64,000 bases of DNA from Catajapyx aquilonaris (Eukaryota): positions 1 through 64,000 of the forward strand of contig KZ539046.1 of the NCBI GenBank assembly GCA_000934665.2. The letters are read 5' to 3'. Under the pieces are notes generated by a model that did no database searches, had not been told where the DNA came from, and saw only the letters and a program-made list of their open reading frames with translations. Below, piece by piece: positions 1 to 11,551 of this stretch; position 1 is the stretch's first letter, and every line of letters begins with the position of its first letter. Position numbers and translations under genes: made by a program.

Positions 1-201
1 CCATCTAGCTATATCAGTGAAATCTGCGCATGGCGGAAATGCACGGGATGATAACATTATCCGTAATGAGCAAGTTTCCGCTATATTCTACGCGGAAATC
101 GTGTACTTTCCATACGCCCGTTACCAGAAAAATTCCGCAATAGGCAAGGTTCCGTTATGTTCAGGGTCCGTTATGGACAGGATTCACTTTAGATAAATAT
201 G

Positions 202-592
202 TAGTGAAACCTGTCCATAACGTAGCCTACCCTGAGTGTTACACAAACTTGTCCATTATTGCGGAATTTTTCCGGGAACGGGCGTATGCATAGGACATAA
301 ATACCGTGTCGAATATAGCGGAAACGGCTGATATACCGTACTAGTCCTTATATTATATATTTATATCCGACATCGTTAAATGGTTCGCGCGCGATCCGCA
401 AAAACAGCACCACTTTTTTTTCTCCCCCCACTCTCTACCACCTCTGCCCACAATGCTTTGCGGCGTTGCAGCGTTCCCTTCCAATCTTACCCGTTTGGTG
501 CTGATGACTAGGAAAATCGTAATTTTCAACGGAAACTTGTCAATTACGATTTTTAGGGCGCCGTGCTATTCTGCTATACACAGGTTTCACTG
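202..592. mobile_element. pogo/Tigger-like MITE; the end of a related copy lies at about 1-188 and another near 28473
   Basis: AGTGAAACCTGT...ACAGGTTTCACTG followed by TA; related end sequences TTATGGACAGGATTCACT (about 171-188) and TAATGGACAGGTTTCAACAGTA (about 28454-28475). Confidence 0.65.
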
Positions 593-2814
593 TATCCAAA
601 AGCGAAAGTTTGTATGCATGTATGTTTGATTGTACATGGCAGTGGGTTACCATAGCTACGAGGGTTGCTGGGTAACCCTCGTTTTAAAAATAGGGATTCA
701 TAAAAATTCAGTTCGACAAAACGCACAAAATCCGGACACAGACAGTAGCCTAGATTACCGGTACTTGACGTGCAGGTCCACATGTGGTGGATTTGCCGAG
801 TGTCCCTCATAGGGGACACCCGATTTCAACGCCACCCTCAGACAAGGAAAGTAAAAAATATGCCTATATTTCCACACCGACATCATCATTCATAAGTTTT
901 CTAAGTATTACAAACAAAAAATGACTCACAATGCTAATCAACATTCGAGAATTAATTACTAATCGTCTTCGGAACGTGGAGGTGCAGCCATTATTTCATG
1001 CGTTAAAATTCAAACTCCTGTATCCTAAAAAATCTGCTGCAATATTGAGCAGGTTTGACCTTGCATCGTTAGCTGGGACTCCTGAAGCCCCCGTGACTAC
1101 TGCCAGCTCTTTAGCAGCAGAAGAACCTGCGCAAAAAATTAAAATGTAACAACTGTGCAGGTGTCCCCTATAGGGCACACTCGGCATATCTGGGTTAAGG
1201 CCAAATCATTTCTGGAGGCCCCATTTCAATATTGACTTATAATTTCCAAATGGCAATAATAATAATAAGCCAATTTGGGGGCCCTCTTTGGGTTGGGGAC
1301 TCGGGGTCCTATAATAATTAAATACCGGCTTAGTCAAATTTTTCCCAATAGAAATTCGCCAATTTGGGGGGCCCTGTTTCAGTCGGGGGTCTGGGCCCTG
1401 TCCATATGCAAGGATTCGATCAGACTTGCCCATACACTCACTAATAATTCTCTCACCCTGAAAATGCAACCACTCAAGATCTGGGAAAAAGGAAAAGGGC
1501 TTGCCTACGTACAGTGCAGTTCTGTATAAAAGGGAACCTTGCCGAAATTTTGAAGCCCTTAAAATGAGCCCTTGGCGAATATTGTGTTTGGTTAGTGAAA
1601 GTGGTCAAAACCCAAGGAACATAATAATTATGTACATCAAAAGACAGAGGAAGACGAGGAGAATGCAACAATAGAATTAGCTTTACTCGAATATGTAACC
1701 AGAAAACATTTTGAGGACTTTGGTTCTTTGACAGCCACAATGTTTAAGACAAAATTCAGACAGAATGACATGTCATTATGAGTTACCAGCGACCTAAGGA
1801 ACATGCAAATGGCGATGAATTTCCAAGAACAAAAATGTTTATTTTTGTTACATAGTGTAATTATTATAAATGCTTCCTTTTCGGCATTAAAAACCCTAAT
1901 TAATTAAGATACTATGTGTGCAAGAAGAGCCATGACATTGCAATAGTAGGGGCTAGGTTCCCCAACACCCTATTTGTGTGCATTTATAGCCCTTTTCCTC
2001 CTTGCTATATCTCGACTGGTTGCATTTTCTGGGTGTGCGTATTGTTCTGTGCTTGCTGAGCAAGTGAAATCGGTACCTACTGGTGCATCTCATTGACTGC
2101 TTTGTACATTTTTGGAGCTAGGGCTTGTAACCTCTTTACTCCACTTTACACTGAGCAATGAAAACTGCGAATGGCAGGGAATTTATTGATGATGTGTGCC
2201 TATACGAATTTATTTTTCCCTTACTGTAGACCAAAATATATTGCAAACATCGCTAATGTGATATACTGCATTTGTAAACTCTGCAAGCTTTTTTAGAAAA
2301 TTCAAGCAGAATTAATTTCCAATTATAACATAGGGCCTACTTCATTATATGCCTTAGACGGCTAACTTGCCAACCAGTCCCAACCATGTAATCATAACAA
2401 CATGTGCGTTTGTGACTTCAATGCCAAAGGTCCATAGTAATTATTATTGTTTTGGTTACGTGTTTTTTATGTCGTTATAAGAAGGGGCCTCTAACATGAC
2501 TCCTGCCCCGGGCCTCAGGCAAGCTCTGCATGGCCCTGATCTCATACCCATTTTTTGGATGTCACATTCTCATGTTATATGCATTTTTGTATGTTACAAT
2601 AATATGATATTGTAGCATACAAAAATGCGTATGACATATTGTGGCATACAAAAATGCGCATGACATGAAAATGTGACATTTGCGGTACACCCTGTATCGC
2701 GGGTGCTTGGAGATGTCATTCTCCCACCATGAAAACATGATGCATACTCTGGAGTAAATCCATCGGTTTTACAGCCTTTCCCCCTGTTGGGTTGGTATGT
2801 TGTACCTAACCAAG

Positions 2815-3027
2815 CTTTGAACCGCTCCGAACCCCTCTCCTGAACCGGGTTCAACCCCGGAGCCCTTCGCTCCGAACCCGCTCCGACCTTCGCTCCACTC
2901 TTCCCCTGAACCGGCTTGAACCCGAACCCCGTTCCGACGCTAGCTCCGAACCCTACTCTACTGCTCCGGAGCGGGTTCGCTGTAATCGGGTTCACGGAGC
3001 AAGGGTTCGGTTTGGTTCACAACCCTG
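2815..3027. mobile_element. hAT-like non-autonomous element end with subterminal (CC)GAACC repeats
   Basis: Multiple GCTCCGAACCC/GAACC motifs in both orientations, ending ...GGTTCACAACCCTG; partner terminus not found. Confidence 0.5.
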
Positions 3028-3175
3028 CTCATAGATCGAAAATGGCTGGCCGCAGCAGAAAATGGCCCATACCAGTGAAATTGTAGGCATGTGATACACA
3101 TACTGTGCAAGTTTCATGCAAATCTGACAGAGCCCACTTCATGCGCCCCCCCCTTTCCCCCCNCCCCCCCGTTAG

Positions 3176-3627
3176 TAAGGTGACCATATTTTGAAAGCCA
3201 GAAAACAGGACATCCCCATCCCGCACCCTCCCTTCACCAAAAGCAAGTTATACTGTCTTGGGTTTATCACTTTATGACTTTATGTTCATAGACATAGTTT
3301 ATCTTCATGAATTATGTGACATATTAATGTATTTTGTTCATTTTCCATATGGCACTATTCTATAAAGTAAATTAATAAAATAAAGGAGTGCAACAGGATT
3401 GGAAAGTAAAGGAGCTCGCATGTTGCATCACGCATGTCGATTGTGTTCCTCTTTTGCTTTTGGAATACACTATACAGTGACACATTCTATCGCTTGAACC
3501 TCCAAGTATGGGAAAAACAGGACTGTCAGGACATCTAACCTCCAAAAGTGGGACATTTGAGCGTCCCCAGACAAACTATGGGGACAGCAGGACAGGGGCC
3601 TAAAAAACAGGACATCTGGTCACATTA
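3176..3627. mobile_element. hAT-like MITE (TAGGGTGACCA-type termini)
   Basis: TAAGGTGACCATAT...ATCTGGTCACATTA with repeated AAAACAGGACA/GGACA subterminal motifs. Confidence 0.65.
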
Positions 3628-3964
3628 ACTTAAGACACTGACCCACCTGGTCTAGCCCTGTCTTTCTAGGTCTACCCTTACCGGGAGCATTTATAGTAAT
3701 GATCAGATGACAATGTATACCTACCATATTAATTCCACACGCTTAGCATGTGTTTAGCAATGACATTGGACCATATGAAATGTGTCCGTTTTGAACAATA
3801 ATGCAAATTTTTTTAGCATTTTTATTTTACAATCTAGATTATACCCGATGCCACCAAAATGTTCCTCATCTCACGACAGTTCATTTGATATCATTTATAT
3901 GAACACTTAACTAATTTGTGATGCTTGTGATACGTTCTTGACCGAAATTTAGTTCGCATTACAA

Positions 3965-4211
3965 GTTGGGTGCAATACTGCCCTAACCCTTTTTTTCACA
4001 CATGGCCACCTTATTTTGTTCATTCTTAGAGCGGGTGGTGCATCATAATCATCATAATAGCACATAAATATCCCTTATTAGTGCCTTGTATATTGGGGGA
4101 GATATGAAAATTGTCCTGTGGAAAAGGTGATTTATGGGTCATCTCAAACTTTCAACTTCAGTTTTCTCAAAATCAGGTTTGGGAGGGTTAGGGCAGTATT
4201 GCACCGACCCC
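3965..4211. mobile_element. MITE with about 25-bp TIRs
   Basis: GGTGCAATACTGCCCTAACCCT / AGGGTTAGGGCAGTATTGCACC. Confidence 0.75.
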
Positions 4212-4269
4212 TTCAATTATTATTAATAAATAATTATTGATATTAGTAATAATTTTTTTCTCCTCTCAG

Positions 4270-4607
4270 GCCATCACCGGCATGGTCCTAAATCTTGGCC
4301 TGAGCCAGGCAGCCACCACTATAGCACCAGTGAAGATGGTGATATATGGTACTGGCACTCCTCCCATAAACTGCCATCCCACAGGCTTTCCAAGCAATCA
4401 AAGATTATGCCGACAGTGAGGGAGTGTGGGCTGTCTGCGCCGGGATCCTTGCCTACATGGCCAACTTTTGGCTGGGTCCTCGTGTGGGACCTCATGCCTC
4501 TTCAGTGTTTGGGCTGGAAAGGAGGACAAACAATGCCCTTGAGTCGTTCCACTCAACCCTTAAGAGGAACGTGATCAGTAGTCACCCAAACCTGTCGGCT
4601 TTCCTGG
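4270..4607 (+). pseudogene. Decayed Mutator/MULE transposase, internal exon
   Basis: CTCTCAG|AITGMVLNLGL...[frameshift near 4345]MVLALLP*..AFQAI...YMANFW...SVFGLERRTNNALESFHSTLKRNVISSHPNLSAFLG|GTGAGT. LALLP, RTNNxxExFH and HPNL are motifs of MULE transposase C-termini; in-frame stop at 4367-4369. Confidence 0.8.
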
Positions 4608-4658
4608 GTGAGTTGAGTACAGTTTAAATACTGTGTGTGTGTGTGTGTATTATATATA

Positions 4659-5220
4659 CAGGGTGTAAATGAATTCAATCGACAAACTTGTAGGGGTAAT
4701 AGAGGGGACCAAGACAAGTATTTTTGACATAGGAACCCGTGTCCGGAAACGCCATCTAGAGGGGGTTTATAGACAAGGAATGGGTGTGCTCAGACGCGTC
4801 AGGAGGGAGGCGCTAGGCGAGCGGACTGTTTTGTTGATAGATGGCGAGCAGTTGTTGCCAGGTTATGGCGTATCGCGTCGTTGTAAGCAAACAGCAACGC
4901 GATACGCCATAACCTGGCAACAACAGAACCGCTGTTTACTATCCGCGCGTCTCCTAGGAGGCGGACTTTAGTTGCTAGATGACTCTGTTGTTGCCACGTT
5001 ATGGCACATCGCATCGTTGGTTACTATCCGAGCGCCATCTATCAACATATCAGTCCGCTTGCCTAGCACCTCCTGCGTGGAGCGTCTGAGCGCACCCGTT
5101 CCTCGTCTATGAACCCCCTCTAGATGGCGTTTCCGGACACGGGTTCCTATGTCAAAAATACTTGTCTTGGTCCCCTCTATTACCCCTACAAGTTTGTCGA
5201 TTGAATTCATTTACACCCTG
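4659..5220. mobile_element. Tc1/mariner-type fold-back MITE
   Basis: CAGGGTGTAAATGAATTC...GAATTCATTTACACCCTG; inverted arms of about 200 bp or more; TA-repeat flanks on both sides. Confidence 0.9.
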
Positions 5221-5236
5221 TATATATATATATATA

Positions 5237-5766
5237 TGGAGGAGAGACTTGTGGCTACTGTGTGGGTCCACGAGATGCCTCATACGGGAAAGAACCTAAC
5301 ATGCAGGATATCAGGGCTCGTTTTGGTAAGGCGCCACCGAGAAGAAGTAACTTGTTCAAGTGGGAGAAAAAAGCATTCAGCAAGGGAAGTGTCACATTTC
5401 CCTTGCTGAATGCATTTTTCTCCCACTTGAACAAGTTACTTCTTCTTGGTGGCGCCTTACCAAAACGAGCCCTGATATCCTGCATGATGTGCGTTAGGTT
5501 CTTTCCCATATGAGGCATCTCGTGGACCCACACAGTAGCCACAAGTCTCTCCTCCACAGTGAACCCGCTCGTATCCGCCATCTTGCACTGTTAACATTGT
5601 TAATTTATTGTGGGTGTTGCTGGGGGTCCCCAGATGTCTCCCCTCATCAAACAGTTCCGTCAGTGTCCAGATGATGTCACACCAGCATCCTCAACACATT
5701 TTTCATGCACAGATTTGTTTTGCAGGCAAAAAAAGCCAGGTGTCCTGGGACTTTTCGCCCACCCTG
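5237..5766 (-). mobile_element. 5' end of a Tc1/mariner-like element whose transposase N-terminus is duplicated in inverted orientation
   Basis: TA|CAGGGTGGGCGAAAAGTCC terminus at 5766; ATG at 5581 (MADTSGFTVEERLVATVWVHE...ARFGKAPPRRSNLFKWEK, HTH-like); 5237-5556 is a near-perfect palindrome centred near 5393. Confidence 0.75.
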
Positions 5767-6376
5767 TATATATATATATATATATTGTAGTGGTCCCATG
5801 ATACCACGTCAGGAACACCACCATGAATGATAGGCACCGGACAGCTTTAAGATGTATATTCTCCACACATGTACAGATAAACGTCTGATCTCTAGAACAG
5901 TCACTCAACGACTCTCGTTCCAAACACTCTCAAACCCCACAATACCTTGGCTACATAGCAACCGTGACCATTGACCACAAGCATTCTCCTGAAAACAGTA
6001 AACAGTCTTGTTGCCAGGACTCGATCACTACAATATATATGGTTAAACATGGCCCCTCCCTTGCACATCACTGAGATGCACAAGTCCTCAGTCTCTTCAT
6101 GTTTCTCTTGGGCCTCAACAGGTACCCCTATCACATGCACTGAAGGTGCACTCACCACAAGCCTGTGTATATGCACCATAGGTGCATTAACAGGCTTGTT
6201 ACTAATATATCATTAATGGACAAGAATAATAAATAATTTTTCTGGATGCATGGATGCTTAGAGAGTTTGGGAGAAGGAATCTGCACGTCATACATCACGT
6301 TAATTTTTTCACAAGTATGGAGAATAGTGCCTCGAAATAAAGTGCCAATATGACATTCTAATTATGTTATTTTCAG

Positions 6377-6839
6377 GGCGACTTCAGACCACCGAGGAGT
6401 CACAGTCCTTGGACTACCAATGTGCCAGAGGCGGTATTCGGCTGTGGAGGCCCAGGATTCACACCTGGAATCGGCAGGACTTACAAATCCGTCATCTACA
6501 GGAGAGGTTTAGTAATGGTCAGGTGGCAAGCCACATTGATTTCCTCAGGGAAGACAGTTACTATGCGTCATCTTATCTAGAGACCCAGATGAATGCTGCT
6601 ACTGTCGTTGCCCCTGCTGCTGTTCTTGCCCCTGCAGGTGCCACCGCCGCTGCTGCTGACGAGGACACTTCGAGCTGACAGAGGATGTGTGCCGTGTGTG
6701 CCTAGTCCAGTATTGGACCCACACGTCACAGTGTGGGCATGTGTATTGCGCTGTATGCATAGATGTGCTGGGAACTTTTGTGCCTTGCCCTGTGTGCCGC
6801 CGCACTATCACACAGTACATTAGGGTGTTTCCCCAATAG
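6377..6839 (+). pseudogene. Last exon of the MULE transposase with a C-terminal C3HC4 RING finger (frameshift near 6670)
   Basis: Acceptor TTTTCAG|GG, phase 1, matching the donor at 4607; GRLQTTEES...QDLQIRHLQERF...IDFLR, an Ala-rich linker, then 6690-6839 CRVCLVQYWTHTSQCGHVYCAVCIDVLGTFVPCPVCRRTITQYIRVFPQ*. Confidence 0.75.
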
Positions 6840-7461
6840 TCAGAGCTAGTACTGGGCAGTGCACAGCATGAAGAAACAAAAGATCCTGCCAATTTGAGAT
6901 ACTGTTGTGTTGAAGATAAGTACAGTATTACTTTTTTCATTTATATGTTAGTGTTTCTCTGTATTCTGGGAAATCTATTTTTGATGATGTAAGGCAGAGT
7001 AACAACATTTTTCTTTGTGCCATTCTGGGTAGGATTTGCATATTCAACCCACCCAGATGGTGCCAACAACAGATGGTGCACAGTGCACACTGCACACTTG
7101 TCACAGGCAGCAAGGGCCAGTGCGGTGTTAGTGAAACAATATTGGCCTTCTAATGAAGATGAGTAGCTTTTATTATTCACCTAATAATAATTGTAGGAGT
7201 AAGATATTGCAACATTGTAGATGATAAGTGCCAGAATATAACAACTATATGTGTATTTTCATTGCGCCATCCTGGCTGGGGTTATCATTTCCCACCTAGG
7301 ATGGTGCCAACGCATTTAGAAATGGACATCACCGAGACATCATCACCACCACTCCTATACTAGCTGATTGAAGGCCATTGTCATTGGCAGAGGCAGACTG
7401 AACCAAGACAGCAGCACTAGGAGAGCAGAAGAGGATTGTAGACATGGTCAAAGCATATAGG

Positions 7462-7597
7462 ACTGATGCCTGGTTGCACCAACAAAATTAGCAGTCCGAT
7501 AGCTCCTAACGGACAGATAGGTGGACCTTTTAACATGTGCTATGGGTCCGTTAGGAGCTATCGGACAGTAATTTTGTTGGTGCAACCAGGCATCAGT
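7462..7597. mobile_element. Short palindromic MITE (PIF/Harbinger-like)
   Basis: ACTGATGCCTGGTTGCACCAACAAAATTA... / ...TAATTTTGTTGGTGCAACCAGGCATCAGT; about 50-bp inverted arms. Confidence 0.8.
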
Positions 7598-7744
7598 GTG
7601 GTAGCCAATGCATTGCATGCATGCAAACTGGACCCAATAACTTTTTCAGTGTCTCTTAGCTGTTAAGGTTTTGCAGCTCAAGATGAACCAACCCAAGTGC
7701 CAAGACATAGTGTTTCAGTTTATCCATGTGTCTGCATACTACTG

Positions 7745-8208
7745 GAGCCGTATACTCATCCAGGTCACTCGCAATCGACACGGCGAAATGACGTGGGTCG
7801 ATCGAGTGGGAGGTGCCGGGACCTCGATGGTGTCGGCTGTATCGTGTCGTGATGTCGGTAGCTGCGGGTAGTAGCGATCGTGATTTCGGTAGCTGCCGGA
7901 AGGCCAATCACACACACGAAACTTTCCCGCCGGCTGCATTCACCACCTACAAGTCGCACTCAACACCAAAAAACTTGCCGGCTAGAATTGTCGAGTGCTG
8001 GCCGGGTGGATGATATAGTCACCCGAAAACAACAAACGATCGCCCGATCGGCAGTAACCAAGTTCGAAAGGCGGAGTCAACCGCATTCGAGTCATCCCCC
8101 TGGCCTCACCCGCCAACCAATCCAGGGCAGGGGGAGGAGAATTGGCGACGTCATTTTGACGTCAATCGACTTTGTCGATTGCGAGTGACCTTGATGAGTA
8201 TACGGCTC
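7745..8208. mobile_element. TIR element with a 3-bp CTG target duplication (PIF/Harbinger-group-like)
   Basis: CTG|GAGCCGTATACTCATCCAGGTCACTCGCAATCGACA...TGTCGATTGCGAGTGACCTTGATGAGTATACGGCTC|CTG; CpG-rich interior. Confidence 0.85.
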
Positions 8209-8946
8209 CTGCTACTTACCCCTTTTGTTAGTTTGGGACATGGCAGACTGGAGTGTATAATATGTGTATATTGAGTGAACAGCTTTTCCTTGCAGCTGAT
8301 GGAGCCCACCAGATGCATATTATTTTTTTATTCCCTTGGTATGCTTTTAGCAAATGGCTTCTCTACAACCTCAGGTTTTAAAATTATGACATGTGAGGCA
8401 CATGAAAAGTAACAATTCACAATGACCATCTTGTGATTATGTAGTATCTCACATGGCGTAATTTTATCAGACCTGCCTGAGTTTGTTTTTCTTTGCCTGT
8501 AAAAAAAGATACCCCTGTCAAGGCGTCTTCCTTGCCGTGGTGGCAGGGCTTAAGGGCATTTGCATCTGGAACATCTAAATGTAAATGCTCAACTAATGAC
8601 GCTACAGGTCTGATTTTAATAAAGAAAATTTAAAACATGCAAAATGTTATTCCTGTTACTTGCACCCTGGCATATATGCATGCTTCTCTATCAACCAAAG
8701 TTATAGCCCCATTGTACTGTAAGTATGTGCCCAGAACTTTTCATGCAGCCTGTACCTGATCCATTGCAACCTGATTCACACTCTTGCTGTTGGTCCAAGT
8801 GGGAGTCTGCTGCATCCATAGCTCATCCTGCCTTGCCAGTGCCAGAAGTCTGTACACCAACAATGATTTAAAGTTTAAAGTTTCTAAACTTCCAGCTGAA
8901 GTTGTTCTTCCCAACCATTCTTGTTTTCAGAAACAAATCAGGTACT

Positions 8947-9175
8947 TTATAATTGATATTAAGGAGGTTGACCCAGCATTGCCTTTCAACCTCCAAGGAT
9001 AGGAAAGGAAGGAAGCGGCTGTGGCCTATAATACGGAAGCGACCCCGGAATTATCCTAGAAAGACCGTGGAAAACCACAGAAAACCTCGGTCAGGGTTGC
9101 CGGCCCTGGGATTCGAACCCAGGACCTCCCGATTAGCAGTCGGACACCCTATCCACTATGCCAACCTGCTTCGGT
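8947..9175 (-). mobile_element. tRNA-derived SINE
   Basis: Minus-strand A box TGGCATAGTGG and B box GGTTCGAATCC; 12-bp TSD AAATCAGGTACT at 8935-8946 and 9176-9187. Confidence 0.88.
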
Positions 9176-9239
9176 AAATCAGGTACTGTAACACTTCTGC
9201 TAACACTTTCTACCCTCTTTCTTGTCTTTTTTTTCAGTG

Positions 9240-9716
9240 TGTCGTGCATCACCCTTGACTATGGCATGACACACACATGACTTAGTATCAGGAGAGACTT
9301 GAGAGGACGGAAGTCACACACGAGTAAAAAAAGACTGAGGGCAGATTTGCAAGTCTCTCTGGGCTTGACGAACAAGGAGCACGAGACCAGACAGCTGCCG
9401 GCTTGGTCAGGAGCTGGAGCTGAGGGTCCAGGAGAATACTACAGAAGATGGACTGGTGGTTAGGCCGTAGGTTCAGATCAAGACACCAATCGAGAATGCA
9501 TTATACATTCAGTGTATTTATGCTAATTGTACGTAAGTGTAAATAAAATAGAGGAAGAGAATACCAGTGTGATCAGTTAGTGAGTTCAGTGAGTTAGGGA
9601 AAAGCCATCAGGGAACCTGAGGTGTACCTTTTAAGCCCCAAAGTAATGTTGGATAGGTGGAACAGGTGAGTTTAGGGCATGTCAGAGTAGCCTACCCACA
9701 GAGTGGGGATGTGACA
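9240..9716 (+). mobile_element. Possible solo LTR
   Basis: TGTC...TGACA termini, internal TAAAAAAAG and AATAAA (about 9542), purine-rich body; no clean TSD seen. Confidence 0.4.
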
Positions 9717-9719
9717 ATA

Positions 9720-10320
9720 CAGGGTGTTTCAGAGTCACGGGTCAAGCACGCGCAAGGGGGTGGGGAAAAATCGTAATGGCGACAACCCCGGTCAGTTTTA
9801 TAAAACAATTAGTAATACGGCAGTAATCAATTTATTTATTACGGCCGTACGGCGTGATGTGACGTCCTACTTTCTGTTCGAATTGACTGGCGCGGACTGG
9901 CAAATGCAAGGCAAATGCATTGGGTTGAGCCTGGTTGACGGGTTTTTAGCCTTGCGGGTTGCACTGAAAAAGGCGCTCTCATGCTATACCGGTAGGGTAC
10001 TGTACAACGTAGTGTACTAGTGTAGCCTACAGTGGTGTGTTCAGTACCCTGCCGGCGTAGCATGAGAGTGCCTTTTTCAGTGCAACCCGCAAGGCTAAAA
10101 ACCCGTTCAACAAGGTTCAAACCACTGAATCTGCCAGTCCGCGCTGGTCAATTCGAATACAGAAAAAATGTGACGTCACGCCGTTCGGCCGTAATAAATA
10201 AATTGATTAGGCCTACTGCCGTATTTCTAATTGTTTTATAAAACCGACATGGGTTGTCGCCACCTACGATTTTTCCCCACCCCCTTGCGCGCGCTGGACC
10301 CGTGACTCTGAAACACCCTG
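9720..10320. mobile_element. Tc1/mariner-type fold-back MITE (about 600 bp, almost wholly palindromic)
   Basis: TA|CAGGGTGTTTCAGAGTCACGGGTC...GACCCGTGACTCTGAAACACCCTG|TA; inverted arms of about 280 bp. Confidence 0.92.
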
Positions 10321-11551
10321 TATTACAATGTCGTTTATACTTTCGCTTAGCACAAGCAATTTTATACAGACATGAGTTCTATTTCTGAATTCAACCACAG
10401 AAGCATTTAAAGGCGTCGTCATTGCTGTTTTCTCAGCAGGCTCTGCAGGCCATTACAATGCCCAGCTATTAATAAAGTTTTCAAAAAAATCTTATAGTTG
10501 CTCCAAAACACAATGTAACAATAATCAATTTCCTTATAACCATGCTGGTTGAACAAAAGAGCGTACACATTCTGGGATGTTCAAGAGTGAGAGTGAAGAG
10601 CTTCACAGTCATGGTAAGCATTCATTCTTACCATACGTATGTGACTAAGGGACACAAAATTAATATTGACAAATTCAAAACGTGCTTCCTGTGCCTTGGA
10701 TGCTTATTGACTCCCAGATGCATGGTGTGAAAGTGCCATAGCGTAGCACAGATTCTAAAACTGACCAATGTTTATTTATACATTTCCACAAGATGTGTGA
10801 TGTACAAGTACAACATACTTCAGAAGAAAATAATGCAGTTATGGCATGTGAAAGACTGCTGATGGTCAAGCTGCCAGGTATAGTCACGAATGGTTATCAT
10901 CTTCTAGATTAAATACAGTGCTTACTGAAAAGGTAATGAGCATATATGCATATTCCACGAGACAGATTCCAAAAGATTTTTTTTCCAGGGCATATTTTTA
11001 CTGCTCCAAGAGTACATATAAAATATTGGGCTTCTTTCTTCCAAACAGCCACAAAAAATTGTCATGGTACAGTATATGGTGAATTCCTTGGGCATGTTTT
11101 GTTTAAACATGTCACATACTGCTTGTTCCAAAATTTAGCTCACAAATCCGTGGAAATGATAACAAAATAAAATTGGACCTACCAGAAAGAATAGTAATAT
11201 TATGGACTGAGAAGCACCTTCGCCTGGGAGTAGAGCAGTGTTGCAACTGGGGAAGAGTAAGATAGTATTGGGAGGATTTTTGAGTTGAAGAGTTTCAAAG
11301 CAATATTTTAATATCTGGAATTTTTATTTTCAGCAGTGCTCCATAGCTATAGTGTACGTAAGTACCGTGCGAGTGTACAGCAGCCTATATGCTTTTATAC
11401 AGTATAGTGAAGTTCTCATTCACACAGGCCACAGCAGTTGGCCTGAGCGGTTGGCTTGTTTGAAGCTCCTGCAACAGAGTGATATTGTGCAAACACCCCC
11501 ATTTTTTTCCCTGGTTTCTATGTCGTGACAAGAGACTAGTCTGAGGAAGTC

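Noticed and set aside
2815..3020. CRISPR-like or iteron-like repeats
   Set aside because: Irregular short GAACC motifs in both orientations, typical of transposon subterminal repeats; eukaryotic context and no cas genes.
4669..5210. Paired ORFs MNSIDKLVGVIEG... on opposite strands
   Set aside because: Artefact of the MITE's inverted arms.
5901..6216. ORFs inside the MULE intron
   Set aside because: No recognisable homology and no convincing splice structure.
10500..11200. Possible decayed transposase or gene on the minus strand
   Set aside because: Coding-like composition but no motif I can identify with confidence.
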